NCBI GenBank assembly: GCA_963975425.1
Contig: CAXBGS010000004.1
Coordinates: forward strand, 525,953 to 589,952
Length of the DNA stretch: 64,000 bases
Reading direction: 5' to 3'
Origin: an uncultured Pirellulaceae bacterium
Lineage (GTDB): Bacteria; Planctomycetota; Planctomycetia; Pirellulales; Pirellulaceae
Both the position numbers and the translations under genes were made by a program. This document shows positions 55,512 through 64,000 of the stretch, piece after piece (positions within the stretch are counted from its first letter, which is position 1; the number at the start of each line of letters is the position of its first letter). The notes beneath the pieces are model-generated. The model made no database searches and was not told the origin of the DNA. It worked only from the letters and a program-made list of their open reading frames with translations.

Positions 55512-55732
55512 AAGTCGCTCACATTACGGGTGAGGGTGAGTCAGTACACTCTAGCACTCACTCGTACAGAGGAACAAGCGAACAGCAACTCGCAACGGGT
55601 GAAGGATTCGCCCGGCGCCATTAGGCTTCACTAGGCTCGGCACTTTGGAACTGTCGCCCGACGCCGACACCAGACGCCGACGCGATACCTGCCGCGAACG
55701 CAAAAAACCTGCTTCCACAGCAAAATCCGCCG

Positions 55733-56743
55733 CTACAGCAGACCGGTCGTTTCGTCTAAATCGAACATCACGTTCATATTTTGGACGGCCGCGCCGCTGG
55801 CACCCTTGGCCAAATTGTCAATCGCACACACCAGTATCGTACGCGTGCCGGCATCCCGAACCGCCATTTGCACAAAGTTTGTTCCCGAGACATGTTTGGT
55901 CGCTGGCAAGTGTTGCACCGGTGTCACGAATGGACACTTGGCGAATTGCCGTTGCCAACATTCCATGATCTCATCTGAACTGGTGCCTTGATTGCGTACA
56001 TAGATCGTTGACAGAATCCCGCGATCCATGGGCGTCAAATGAGGCGTGAACAGAATATCAATCGGCGTGCCACTGACGCGGTGCACCAGATCAGCGATCT
56101 CGGGTTGGTGACGATGAGCGGCGACCGCATAAGCGGCAATCGATTCGTTCGTTTCACAGTACAACGTCGCCAGCTTGGCCGATCGTCCGGCACCGCTAAC
56201 ACCACTCTTGCTGTCGACGATGATATCGCCCGATTCGATCAGGCCGTTTTGCAGCAGCGGCGCCAAAGGCAGGATTGCTGACGTCGGATAACATCCAGGA
56301 TTGGCGACAACATCCGCCGCTCGTATTTCGTCCGCAAAAAATTCTGGCATTCCGTACGCCGTCTTTCCAACACGCTCGGGCCAGGGATGCTTGACGTCGT
56401 ACCATTTTTCATAGACGGCCAGATCCGACAACCGAAAGTCTGCGCTGAAATCAATCACGCGCGTGCCATGACCGACCAAATCGTGCACCGTCTGGGCCGC
56501 GGCGCCGTGGGGTAAGCAACACATCACGACGTCGCATCGCTGAGCCATGGATTCGGCGTCGAGCGTTTCCAATTCGAGATCCAATCGGCCGGCTAGCGAC
56601 GGATGAACCTCCGCGATCTTTTTGCCGGCGTCGGCCCGACTGGTGGCCGCGACAACCTGGGCGGATGGGTGATTGCACAGAATCCGCGCGGCTTCCAGTG
56701 CGGTGTAGCCGGTCGCGCCGACAATGCCAACGGCGATAGTCAT
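55733..56743 (-). CDS. argC: N-acetyl-gamma-glutamyl-phosphate reductase
   Basis: AVGIVGATGYTALEAARIL is the NAD(P)-binding N-terminus. DSKSGVSGAGR is the ArgC catalytic Cys region (here SGVSGAG). The 336-aa length is typical. Confidence 0.9.
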   Translation of the reverse strand: MTIAVGIVGATGYTALEAARILCNHPSAQVVAATSRADAGKKIAEVHPSLAGRLDLELETLDAESMAQRCDVVMCCLPHGAAAQTVHDLVGHGTRVIDFSADFRLSDLAVYEKWYDVKHPWPERVGKTAYGMPEFFADEIRAADVVANPGCYPTSAILPLAPLLQNGLIESGDIIVDSKSGVSGAGRSAKLATLYCETNESIAAYAVAAHRHQPEIADLVHRVSGTPIDILFTPHLTPMDRGILSTIYVRNQGTSSDEIMECWQRQFAKCPFVTPVQHLPATKHVSGTNFVQMAVRDAGTRTILVCAIDNLAKGASGAAVQNMNVMFDLDETTGLL

Positions 56744-56754
56744 GAAAGTGGATC

Positions 56755-57462
56755 TTAGGGAAAGGCGATAATCGTGCCGGCGATCGCGGCTGCTTCACCG
56801 ATCGCCGCGCGTCGCTCGTAGGGAGGACGTTGCAGCATGATCGGGGCACACGACCCGGACCGATAGTATCCCAGAGTCGACTCACATTCGAAAGGATCGC
56901 GCACAATCATCAGATAGGGCAACATCGGCACCGTCGCAAAGAACCTGGCCCCACTGGCGAGCGGTTGCAGGTGTGGATAGCGTTCATGGCCGTGACGTTC
57001 CAGCATTCGGTCTTCGAAATACCGAGGGTGCGAAAACGTATCGGCGGCCGCCCACTGACCAACCGACCAATTCCAGCTTTCACCACGATCGGCGGGACTT
57101 TCAGGCAGCATTTGAGTCGGCTGCGGTTCGCCCTCACGAAACCCCTCGGGGACGCGGCCGTTGCCGATATCGGCCGTCTGAATCGTGGGAGCCGTGAGTA
57201 TCGGCAGCACAATGCGGCCGCCTTCGACGCGGGGCTGACGAGTCTTGTCGAGACTGCTCAGAATACTGGTTTCGGTGTCGGCCGATGCGTCATTGCGCGG
57301 ACGAGCATCGTCTTGCGCGATCGTCGACACACAGCAAGCGGCGCACAGGACCGCGGTTACGGCCAAGGCAGTCGTCGTTCGTGCCGAGCCAAGCCGTGGC
57401 TCGAGGACAGACGTTCTCGAGAATGGCGTTGTGAAAAAAAACGCTGTGAAACTTGTCTTCAT
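56755..57462 (-). CDS. Secreted hypothetical protein
   Basis: It has a signal peptide-like N-terminus (ALAVTAVLCAACCVSTIAQ). It is 12 nt downstream of argC on the same strand. I recognise no family. Confidence 0.45.
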   Translation of the reverse strand: MKTSFTAFFFTTPFSRTSVLEPRLGSARTTTALAVTAVLCAACCVSTIAQDDARPRNDASADTETSILSSLDKTRQPRVEGGRIVLPILTAPTIQTADIGNGRVPEGFREGEPQPTQMLPESPADRGESWNWSVGQWAAADTFSHPRYFEDRMLERHGHERYPHLQPLASGARFFATVPMLPYLMIVRDPFECESTLGYYRSGSCAPIMLQRPPYERRAAIGEAAAIAGTIIAFP

Positions 57463-57569
57463 CTTCCGTTCCGTCGGTAGTAAGTTCCTCTTCGTCCTTG
57501 GTTTCGTCCATCGCCGACACGCGTATCAGCCGAACCACCATCGTCCTCACAACCGTTACGACCGGAACA

Positions 57570-58166
57570 TCACTTGGGGACGTCTGTCGACTTCGCATCC
57601 GACGCGGCGTTCGATGGATCGCTGTCCTTTTTCGCCGTCGCCTTTTTCTCAACAAATTTCAGCGATGCACTGTTCATGCAATATCGCTTGCCGGTGGGTC
57701 TGGGCCCGTCGTCAAAGACGTGTCCGAGGTGAGCGCCACAGCGTTTACAGTGCACCTCGATCCGCGTGTAAATCAGTTTCCAGTCTTTGCGGAGCCCCAG
57801 ATTTTTCTTGTTCAAGGGTGCATAGAAACTCGGCCAACCGGTCCCCGACTTGTACTTCGTTTCGCTTGAAAAGAGCGGTAAATCGCAAACGACACAGCGG
57901 TACATTCCGTCTTTTTTGTTATCCCAGTACAAGTTGCGAAATGCAGGCTCGGTCGCCTCTTTTTGAGTCACGTTGTACTGCATGGCCGATAGCGATTTTT
58001 TTAATTCGGCGTCGGATTTCGGCCTGTACGGTTGGTCGGCAACGGCATTTGTTTTGCGCGCGGTGGGTCCGGTGTCGTCATCGGCAAACGATTCCAGCGT
58101 GATTCCGCCGACAATGACACAGGCCACGATGATCCAGATCATGTGTTTTGGTGCAGTCAGATTCAT
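57570..58166 (-). CDS. msrB: Peptide-methionine (R)-S-oxide reductase MsrB with N-terminal signal/anchor (periplasmic-type)
   Basis: The SelR domain reads YRCVVCDLPLFSSETKYKSGTGWPSFYAP...HCKRCGAHLGHVFDDGP...RYCMNSASL (two CxxC pairs, GWPSF, HLGHVF, RYCINS). A hydrophobic N-terminus MIWIIVACVIVGGITL precedes it. ATG 58166 is chosen; TTG 58181 and ATG 58142 are alternatives. Confidence 0.8.
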   Translation of the reverse strand: MNLTAPKHMIWIIVACVIVGGITLESFADDDTGPTARKTNAVADQPYRPKSDAELKKSLSAMQYNVTQKEATEPAFRNLYWDNKKDGMYRCVVCDLPLFSSETKYKSGTGWPSFYAPLNKKNLGLRKDWKLIYTRIEVHCKRCGAHLGHVFDDGPRPTGKRYCMNSASLKFVEKKATAKKDSDPSNAASDAKSTDVPK

Positions 58167-58299
58167 CCCAATGGTCTCCAAGTGTTATTCGTCGCCACGG
58201 GTCGAACCGGGGCGGGCTCAATGCGGCATCATTTTTGTATGCGTATAATGGTCGCTCTTGTATCACGTCCACCTTAGCTAATCACGGCTTTTCTATTGT

Positions 58300-59448
58300 A
58301 TGTCCGCTGTCGAGCTTTGTGGAATCGGAAAGTCGTACCGAGGCGCGAGGATCCTGCAAGATTTGGACTTGCACGTCGAATCGGGCCAATATGTCGTCTT
58401 GCTGGGGCCTAGCGGGTGCGGAAAAACAACCACCCTGCGAATCATCGCCGGACTTGAGCCGCCCGATGCCGGAACGGTCCGGATCGACGGACGCGAGGTC
58501 AGCTCGACGCCGCCGTCACAGCGAGACGTTGCGATGGTGTTTCAGGACGATGCGCTGTATCCGCATCTGACCGTTCGACAATCGATCGCGTATGGCCTTC
58601 GCTGCATCGTGTCCCGCGAAGAATCGGATCGACGCATCACCGAGGCAGCCGAGATGGTCTCGGTCGCTTCGCTGCTGGATCGACGGCCCAGGGGACTAAG
58701 CGGCGGTGAACTGCGCCGCGCCTCGGTCGCCAAGGCAATCGCCCGTCGCGCGCCGGTACGGTTGTTGGACGAACCACTGTCGGCCGTCGACGCATCGGCA
58801 GTACACACAATTCAAGACGACTTGCTGCGATGGCATCGCAGCTATCCCGGCACGACACTGCATGTGACGCACGACGGTAACGAAGCAATGCGGATGGCCG
58901 ACAAGATCGCCGTTATGGATGACGGTCGCGTTGTGCAGTTTGATACTCCCACTGAAATCTATCGTCGCCCGTCAACCGTTGACGTAGCAGTGGCGGTCGG
59001 CTGGCCGCCGATCAGTTTCCTCAAAGCGAGCTGGTCAAATGGCTTGTTGCAGTTCGTCGACGTGCCAGGTTTCGATCAAGCCAGCGGGGAAACGGCCAGT
59101 ATTCCGTCGGCAGGCTTGAGTGACTTGCGTGCGGGACTTGGCGAATTGCCAGCGGGGCTCGATGACCAGGATCGCGCACTGCTCATCGGCATTCGCCCAG
59201 ACCATTGGCGGAATTCATCCGAGCAGACTGACGATCAGGTTCCGGCGATTGCGATCGACGCACAACTTTTAAGCCTGCGGCAGATTGACCACCGCTGGAT
59301 GGCTTCATTTCAAATCGGCGCCACATTCGTCTCAGCCATGTTCGCGTCACCGGACAAGCTGGTCGTGGGACAGACGCACCGAATCAACGCGGCCATCGGA
59401 AACCTTCACATCTTTGATGCCGCCTCGCGGCGGCGTCTTGGTCATTAG
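58300..59448 (+). CDS. ABC transporter ATP-binding protein (PotA/MalK-like importer ATPase with C-terminal regulatory/TOBE-like domain)
   Basis: Walker A is LLGPSGCGKTT. The ABC signature is LSGGELRRASVAKA. Walker B is VRLLDEPLSAVD. The H-loop is HVTHD. A C-terminal ~130-aa extension follows. Confidence 0.85.
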   Translation: MSAVELCGIGKSYRGARILQDLDLHVESGQYVVLLGPSGCGKTTTLRIIAGLEPPDAGTVRIDGREVSSTPPSQRDVAMVFQDDALYPHLTVRQSIAYGLRCIVSREESDRRITEAAEMVSVASLLDRRPRGLSGGELRRASVAKAIARRAPVRLLDEPLSAVDASAVHTIQDDLLRWHRSYPGTTLHVTHDGNEAMRMADKIAVMDDGRVVQFDTPTEIYRRPSTVDVAVAVGWPPISFLKASWSNGLLQFVDVPGFDQASGETASIPSAGLSDLRAGLGELPAGLDDQDRALLIGIRPDHWRNSSEQTDDQVPAIAIDAQLLSLRQIDHRWMASFQIGATFVSAMFASPDKLVVGQTHRINAAIGNLHIFDAASRRRLGH

Positions 59449-59522
59449 CGCATTCGGCGCATTCGATTCTGCTCTGAATTGCTCCGCTGCCAAACAATCG
59501 AATTGTCGGCTAGGATGCCGTC

Positions 59523-60284
59523 ATGGAAACATTGATCGACTACATCCCGTTGGTGCTAATCCTTTGCTTTGGGATCTTTGTGCAATCTGCTGCCGGTTTT
59601 GCTGCCGGACTCTTGATCGTTCCGTCGTTGTTGTACATCGGCTACCCGCTTCCCGAAGCACAAGCATCGATGTTGGTCGCAACGATTCCGCAAAACATTT
59701 GGGGTGTCTGGTCGCTGCGTGACACATTGACGCCGCGCAAAGTTGCAGGACCGGGGATCGGCCGCATCTTGTTCTTGCCGCTTGGCGTTTTCGCGCTTCA
59801 ACATTTAGAACTGTTGTCGCCGGTGACGCTGCGACAAATCGTCGGCGGATTCGTATTAGCGGCGACGACGGCAACGATTTACTTGCGTCCAACGCCTCGG
59901 GAACACTTGCATCCGGGCTGGAGCTTCCTGGCGTTTCCGCTGTCGGGATTCCTGCAAGGATTGGTCGGCATGGGCGGACCGCCGATGGTATTTTGGGTGC
60001 AATCGCACGACTGGAGCACTCGTCAGACGCGTGCTTTCCTATTTTCGATGTACTTGGTCAGCATCATTCCTGCGCTGGGCATCTTGTTCTATTTTTTTGG
60101 GGAACGCGTGATCAAACCCGGCATGATTTCTGCTCTGACGATTCCGCTGCTGTTACTTAGCACCTATTTGGGGCTTGAACTTGGCAACCGTCTGGGACGA
60201 CATCGACTGCGTCGATTGACATTCGGCCTACTGCTAATGATGGGGTTGATGGGCTTGATGTCACCTTGGATGCCGGGCAATTGA
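59523..60284 (+). CDS. TauE/SafE family sulfite/anion exporter (DUF81)
   Basis: It is about 250 aa with 7-8 TM. Duplicated half-repeats carry conserved glycines (FVQSAAGFAAGLLIVPSL and GFLQGLVGMGGPPMVFW), typical of TauE/SafE. Confidence 0.7.
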   Translation: METLIDYIPLVLILCFGIFVQSAAGFAAGLLIVPSLLYIGYPLPEAQASMLVATIPQNIWGVWSLRDTLTPRKVAGPGIGRILFLPLGVFALQHLELLSPVTLRQIVGGFVLAATTATIYLRPTPREHLHPGWSFLAFPLSGFLQGLVGMGGPPMVFWVQSHDWSTRQTRAFLFSMYLVSIIPALGILFYFFGERVIKPGMISALTIPLLLLSTYLGLELGNRLGRHRLRRLTFGLLLMMGLMGLMSPWMPGN

Positions 60285-60371
60285 TTTAGCCGCTTCGGTG
60301 GTGTTGATCGTGGTGATCAATGATCCGGCGACACCGGCATGTCTTTTCTATCGCAATAAGGAAAGAACCAG

Positions 60372-61265
60372 ATGTTATTGGCAAGTGCGATCGAAATCGC
60401 CGAAGGCACCTCGTTGTATTCCGCCGATTCGCTGATTGCGCTACTGGCGTTAACGGCGATGGAAATCGTCTTGGGGATCGACAACATCGTCTTCATCGCG
60501 ATCATCACCGGCCGTTTGCCGCCACAAAAGCGTTCATTCGCTCGCCGGTTCGGGTTGTTCCTTGCAATGGGCATGCGCATCGTTCTGCTGATGATGATCG
60601 GCTGGCTGATGCAACTGGAAGGTTCGCTGTTTCAACTGTCAGACTTTGCCCCGACAGCCAGGATCGCCGAAGAATTGATGGCGGACCCGCACGTCAACGA
60701 CGTCTCCGGCCGCGACCTGATTCTATTGTTCGGCGGCCTCTTTCTGCTGTACACCGCCGTGCGAGAAATCCACCACAAGATCGAAGGCAGCGAAGAGGAA
60801 GCCGAGATTGGTAATCTTCCTTTTGACGAAGGCGGCGCGAGTGACGGCGTCACGCCGGCCGATCAAGCCAAACCCGGCATCACCGTGGGCGGCGTCCTGT
60901 TTCGTATCGCGTTCATGGATGTGATATTTTCGCTGGACTCGGTAATCACGGCCGTCGGCATGGCGCAGCACATCGAAATCATGGTCCTGGCCATCGTCAT
61001 CTCCGTCGGCGTGATGATCATCTTTGCAAACCAGATCAGCGACTTTGTTCAAGAACATCCCACGGTCAAAATGCTGGCGTTGTCATTCCTGATGCTGATC
61101 GGCGTGGTGCTGGTCAGTGAGTCGGTCGGAACACCGATCAGCAAAGGTTATGTGTATTTCGCGATGGGCTTTTCGCTAACCGTCGAGTTTTTGAATCTGC
61201 GCATGCAGATGAAACGTTATCGCCCCAGTCACGGTGAAGGCGAAATCGGGAACACAAGAGTATAA
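60372..61265 (+). CDS. TerC family integral membrane protein
   Basis: EIVLGIDNIVFIAIITGRLPPQKR is the TerC signature (sLsiDNa.vialv). A second half repeat is DVIFSLDSVITAVGM. ATG 60372 is preceded by AAGGAAAG. Confidence 0.85.
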   Translation: MLLASAIEIAEGTSLYSADSLIALLALTAMEIVLGIDNIVFIAIITGRLPPQKRSFARRFGLFLAMGMRIVLLMMIGWLMQLEGSLFQLSDFAPTARIAEELMADPHVNDVSGRDLILLFGGLFLLYTAVREIHHKIEGSEEEAEIGNLPFDEGGASDGVTPADQAKPGITVGGVLFRIAFMDVIFSLDSVITAVGMAQHIEIMVLAIVISVGVMIIFANQISDFVQEHPTVKMLALSFLMLIGVVLVSESVGTPISKGYVYFAMGFSLTVEFLNLRMQMKRYRPSHGEGEIGNTRV

Positions 61266-61424
61266 ATTCGTATACCGCTGGCAAGGTGTTTTCGCGATTT
61301 CGCGACTGACAAATCGAAATGCGATCGGCGCTGAAATACAATCTTCGCTAGATGTACGTCCTCAACAACGTGCATCCTGTCGCTGTCCCAGGCTTGCCGA
61401 TACACACGCCGAGAAAGAATCCCG

Positions 61425-62300
61425 ATGCGCCACAACCGATTCAGCAATACTCTGCTATTTCTTACTTGTTTTGCAGGATTCGGTTTTGCACCGGCAACAA
61501 GTCGCGCGGCAACGGTGAATAGTTCGAACGTTCATCTAGAAATCAGCTACACATTCAGCGGCGCGTTTTACACCGACAGCGGTTTGCCTGCGGAAGCTGA
61601 CACGGACTTTTCGTTCGACGGGCCGCCAAGTCACTACTTTGATTTTTTCACGACCTTTGTTTTCACCGAAGGCGATGGGATGGGCATGATCGGTGGCTCG
61701 GCAACCGTCGGTGGTGTCAACCACACCTATCCCGACGATGAACCAGATTTCAGTACGTTTGATCCGTATAGTGAAAGCGTGACTTTGTCCCTGGAAACGA
61801 TGGGACAGTCGTCGAGCCCGGGGTCGAACGGTTCAGCCGCGATCGAATCAGATCTAGCGTTTTATGTTGTTAATCAAACCGAAGATCCAGGAACATTCGA
61901 GCCCGTCTCGTTGACATTCGAGTTCGATTATCTGTACACGTTCAGCATGGCGCTGCTGGAAGATTCACCTAACGGCGGCGAGGGCAACGGGTTCATTGAA
62001 GTGGACGCATCGGTCAACGGAGACACCACCACGATGTACCCGGGGCTCATCCAAGAATTTCATGGTGGACCGGCCAGCATCGTTGACCAACCCGGTTCAG
62101 GTACAATTCAATTGATCACCGCACCCGGCGAATCGTTTGTCGAATTGTTCATTCAAACCAATGTAAATTCGACGACGCTGGTTCCCTCGGTCGCCGTTCC
62201 CGAACCATCGATCGCAGCATTAGGCTTGTTCGCTGTTCTTGGTTTAGGAACCACGCGTCGGCGCAATGCGGCACGTGCATCGGATCTTACAACCGGTTGA
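61425..62300 (+). CDS. PEP-CTERM sorting-domain protein (putative exosortase substrate)
   Basis: There is an N-terminal signal peptide (LLFLTCFAGFGFAPATSRAA). The C-terminal VPEPSIAALGLFAVLGLGTTRRR is a PEP motif, then a hydrophobic helix, then an Arg cluster. Confidence 0.7.
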   Translation: MRHNRFSNTLLFLTCFAGFGFAPATSRAATVNSSNVHLEISYTFSGAFYTDSGLPAEADTDFSFDGPPSHYFDFFTTFVFTEGDGMGMIGGSATVGGVNHTYPDDEPDFSTFDPYSESVTLSLETMGQSSSPGSNGSAAIESDLAFYVVNQTEDPGTFEPVSLTFEFDYLYTFSMALLEDSPNGGEGNGFIEVDASVNGDTTTMYPGLIQEFHGGPASIVDQPGSGTIQLITAPGESFVELFIQTNVNSTTLVPSVAVPEPSIAALGLFAVLGLGTTRRRNAARASDLTTG

Positions 62301-62340
62301 GGCCAAAGCTGCGAAGTCGACCTTGACCTCTCAGCGACCA

Positions 62341-63036
62341 TCAAAGCAATTTGCCCGCAAAAGCGACGTCATCGGACACCGCACCGTAGCCGACCGAGCC
62401 CAGTAAAGGCACGTCGGTGTAGCGGCGAATCTCGTCTGCATTTCGTTCCGTCGACTGGTCCGCCTCGCGTTCGACTTGACACAGAATCACGCCGGCCGGT
62501 GGTAGCCCCGCCAGTTTCGCGGCGGCACATGTGGCAAGCGTTTGGTGAATCACGCCCAGACGATTCGCGGCCACGACAATCAACTTGATTCCGTCGAATT
62601 GCTTGGCCAGATCGATGTTCAACACACCATCGGCCAGCGGGCTCATCAGCCCTCCGGCACCTTCGATGATTAACGGTTCTGACTCCGATTCCCAGCATTG
62701 GGCACCCGAACGAAGCAGACCGAGGTCGACGGACTTTCCTTCCAGTCGTGCCGCCTGGGTGGGAGCCAACGGTGCCTTAAAACGCTGAGGGCAGACTTCA
62801 TGCAGGGTCCGGGGACATCCCGCAGCTTGCCATAACTTGACGGCGTCGTCGGCGACCAGCTGCGATCCATCGCGTCGACATCCACTGGCCACCGGCTTGT
62901 AAACGCCCACCGGACCGGGCCCATGCTGGTGAAACCACTGGGCGATCAGCGAAGCGGTAAAAGTCTTGCCAACATCGGTGTCGGTCCCTGCAAAAAACAG
63001 GGCCGTCCGTTTACGATCTTGGTTCGTTTCCGACAT
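62341..63036 (-). CDS. bioD: Dethiobiotin synthetase
   Basis: LFFAGTDTDVGKTFTASLIAQ is the BioD P-loop (GTDTxVGKT). IIEGAGGLMSPL (EGAGG) is present. The 231-aa length fits. Confidence 0.85.
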   Translation of the reverse strand: MSETNQDRKRTALFFAGTDTDVGKTFTASLIAQWFHQHGPGPVGVYKPVASGCRRDGSQLVADDAVKLWQAAGCPRTLHEVCPQRFKAPLAPTQAARLEGKSVDLGLLRSGAQCWESESEPLIIEGAGGLMSPLADGVLNIDLAKQFDGIKLIVVAANRLGVIHQTLATCAAAKLAGLPPAGVILCQVEREADQSTERNADEIRRYTDVPLLGSVGYGAVSDDVAFAGKLL

Positions 63037-63072
63037 CGGATTCTTTCGTTCTCATCAAGCAAGGTTTGTCCG

Positions 63073-63942
63073 TTGGCACGTAATGTACGCTTAGCACTCG
63101 TTCAAATGCGATACGCCGGTTCCCGCGATAAGACGCTGGATGCCGCCGCGCGCATGATCACCGAAGCGGCCGCCGATGGGGCGCAAGTGGTCTGCTTGCA
63201 AGAGCTGTTCGCCAGTCCGTATCCGTGTCAGAGCGAGGACCACCGCAATTTTGACTATGCCGAAGACGTTCCGGGTACGACGACAGACGTACTGTCGTCG
63301 CTAGCGAAGAAACACGAATTAGTGATCGTGGCACCGCTGTTTGAGCGTCGAGGACCAGGGATGTATCACAATTCGGCGATCGTCCTTGATGCCGACGGCA
63401 GCGTTGCCGGGATGTATCGCAAAATGCACATTCCCGATGATCCGCTGTTCTATGAAAAGTTCTATTTTGCGCCGGGTGATCTAGGTTTCCAGCCGATCAC
63501 GACTCGCTATGCGAAACTTGGCGTGGGCGTCTGTTGGGACCAGTGGTTTCCCGAGGCGGCGAGGTTGTTTGCGTTGGCCGGAGCGGAAATCTTGCTATAT
63601 CCAACGGCCATCGGTTGGATCGCGGACGAGAAGGCCGAGTTCGGGCAATCGCAACACGACGCTTGGCGAACCAACATGCGAGCGCATGCGATCGCCAACG
63701 GCCTGTGGCTGGGCGCCCCCAATCGCGTCGGCATCGAATCGGAACTGGAGTTTTGGGGACAATCCTTTATCGCATCGCCGCGCGGTGAAGTCGTTGCCGA
63801 GGCCGGCGTTCGCGACGAGTGCGTCTTGATTGCGGATTGCTGTTTGGACGAGATTGATGTGGTCCGAACGCATTGGCCGTTCCTGAGAGACAGACGCATT
63901 GATGCTTACGATGGATTATTGAAACGTTGGATCGATTCTTAG
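63073..63942 (+). CDS. aguB: Carbon-nitrogen hydrolase family, N-carbamoylputrescine amidase-like
   Basis: VRLALVQMRYAGS is the nitrilase-superfamily N-terminus. The glutamate lies in VVCLQELF. GVGVCWDQWFPEAARLFALAGAEILLYPTAIGW contains the catalytic Cys in the CWDQWFPE block characteristic of N-carbamoylputrescine amidases. The start is TTG 63073; ATG 63106 is the alternative. Confidence 0.7.
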   Translation: MARNVRLALVQMRYAGSRDKTLDAAARMITEAAADGAQVVCLQELFASPYPCQSEDHRNFDYAEDVPGTTTDVLSSLAKKHELVIVAPLFERRGPGMYHNSAIVLDADGSVAGMYRKMHIPDDPLFYEKFYFAPGDLGFQPITTRYAKLGVGVCWDQWFPEAARLFALAGAEILLYPTAIGWIADEKAEFGQSQHDAWRTNMRAHAIANGLWLGAPNRVGIESELEFWGQSFIASPRGEVVAEAGVRDECVLIADCCLDEIDVVRTHWPFLRDRRIDAYDGLLKRWIDS

Positions 63943-64000
63943 AGGTGTTTGTGCGGCGTCGGGCGGTGGGCTATTGTGGCAATTCGTAAGAAATCGAATC

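Noticed and set aside
60285-60371. Possible yybP-ykoY (Mn2+) riboswitch upstream of the TerC-family gene
   Set aside because: The leader is only 87 nt. It lacks the conserved GAGUAG and ACAUA-type elements of the motif as I remember them.
1-64000. Mobile elements (transposase, integrase, phage genes, IS inverted repeats)
   Set aside because: No ORF shows DDE transposase, tyrosine/serine recombinase or phage structural motifs. No terminal inverted repeats flanking a gene set were seen. The repeat-bracketed AKR gene is recorded as a finding, not as a mobile element.

Overview
This is a moderately GC-rich bacterial chromosomal segment. Its gene content points to a Planctomycetota (Pirellulaceae-like) genome: PSCyt2/DUF1549/DUF1553 and DUF1501 genes, a TAT-signal Gfo/Idh/MocA oxidoreductase, a giant secretin, a PEP-CTERM protein, a BatA-like VWA protein and a planctomycete-type outer-membrane barrel. 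I found no rRNA, tRNA, CRISPR array or mobile element.

Main content by coordinate:
- 1-8.2 kb, minus strand: an exopolysaccharide-type cluster. It holds a GT4 glycosyltransferase (partial), a WbaP-like undecaprenyl-phosphate sugar transferase, a Wzc-like BY tyrosine autokinase co-polymerase, and an O-antigen-ligase (Wzy_C) membrane protein with a C-terminal TPR domain.
- 8.3-14.2 kb: several small low-complexity genes, a WS/DGAT-like HHxxxDG acyltransferase, and an aldo/keto reductase bracketed by a (GTGACAG)8 microsatellite and a 25-bp tandem repeat.
- 14.4-20.9 kb: a truncated SecA-like ATPase with an acidic repeat-containing N-terminal extension, next to a 1180-aa secretin.
- 25.5-33.7 kb: the most notable module. 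A YqiJ/NfeD-like gene, a flotillin (SPFH) gene and a 1752-aa single-AAA+ giant protein lie in series on the minus strand.
- 34-64 kb: housekeeping and periplasmic functions. These are an M50 site-2 protease, RbsD/FucU, a PQQ-like propeller, two peptidyl-prolyl isomerases, and a four-gene secreted-protein/DUF1549-DUF1553/DUF1501/WD40 operon. There is also a CHASE-PAS histidine kinase with a standalone receiver, an overlapping VWA-CPBP protease pair, argC, msrB, an ABC ATPase, TauE/SafE, TerC, a PEP-CTERM protein, bioD and an aguB-like amidase.

Many genes appear to use TTG or GTG start codons. The six-frame track contains many antisense shadow ORFs, which I did not call.
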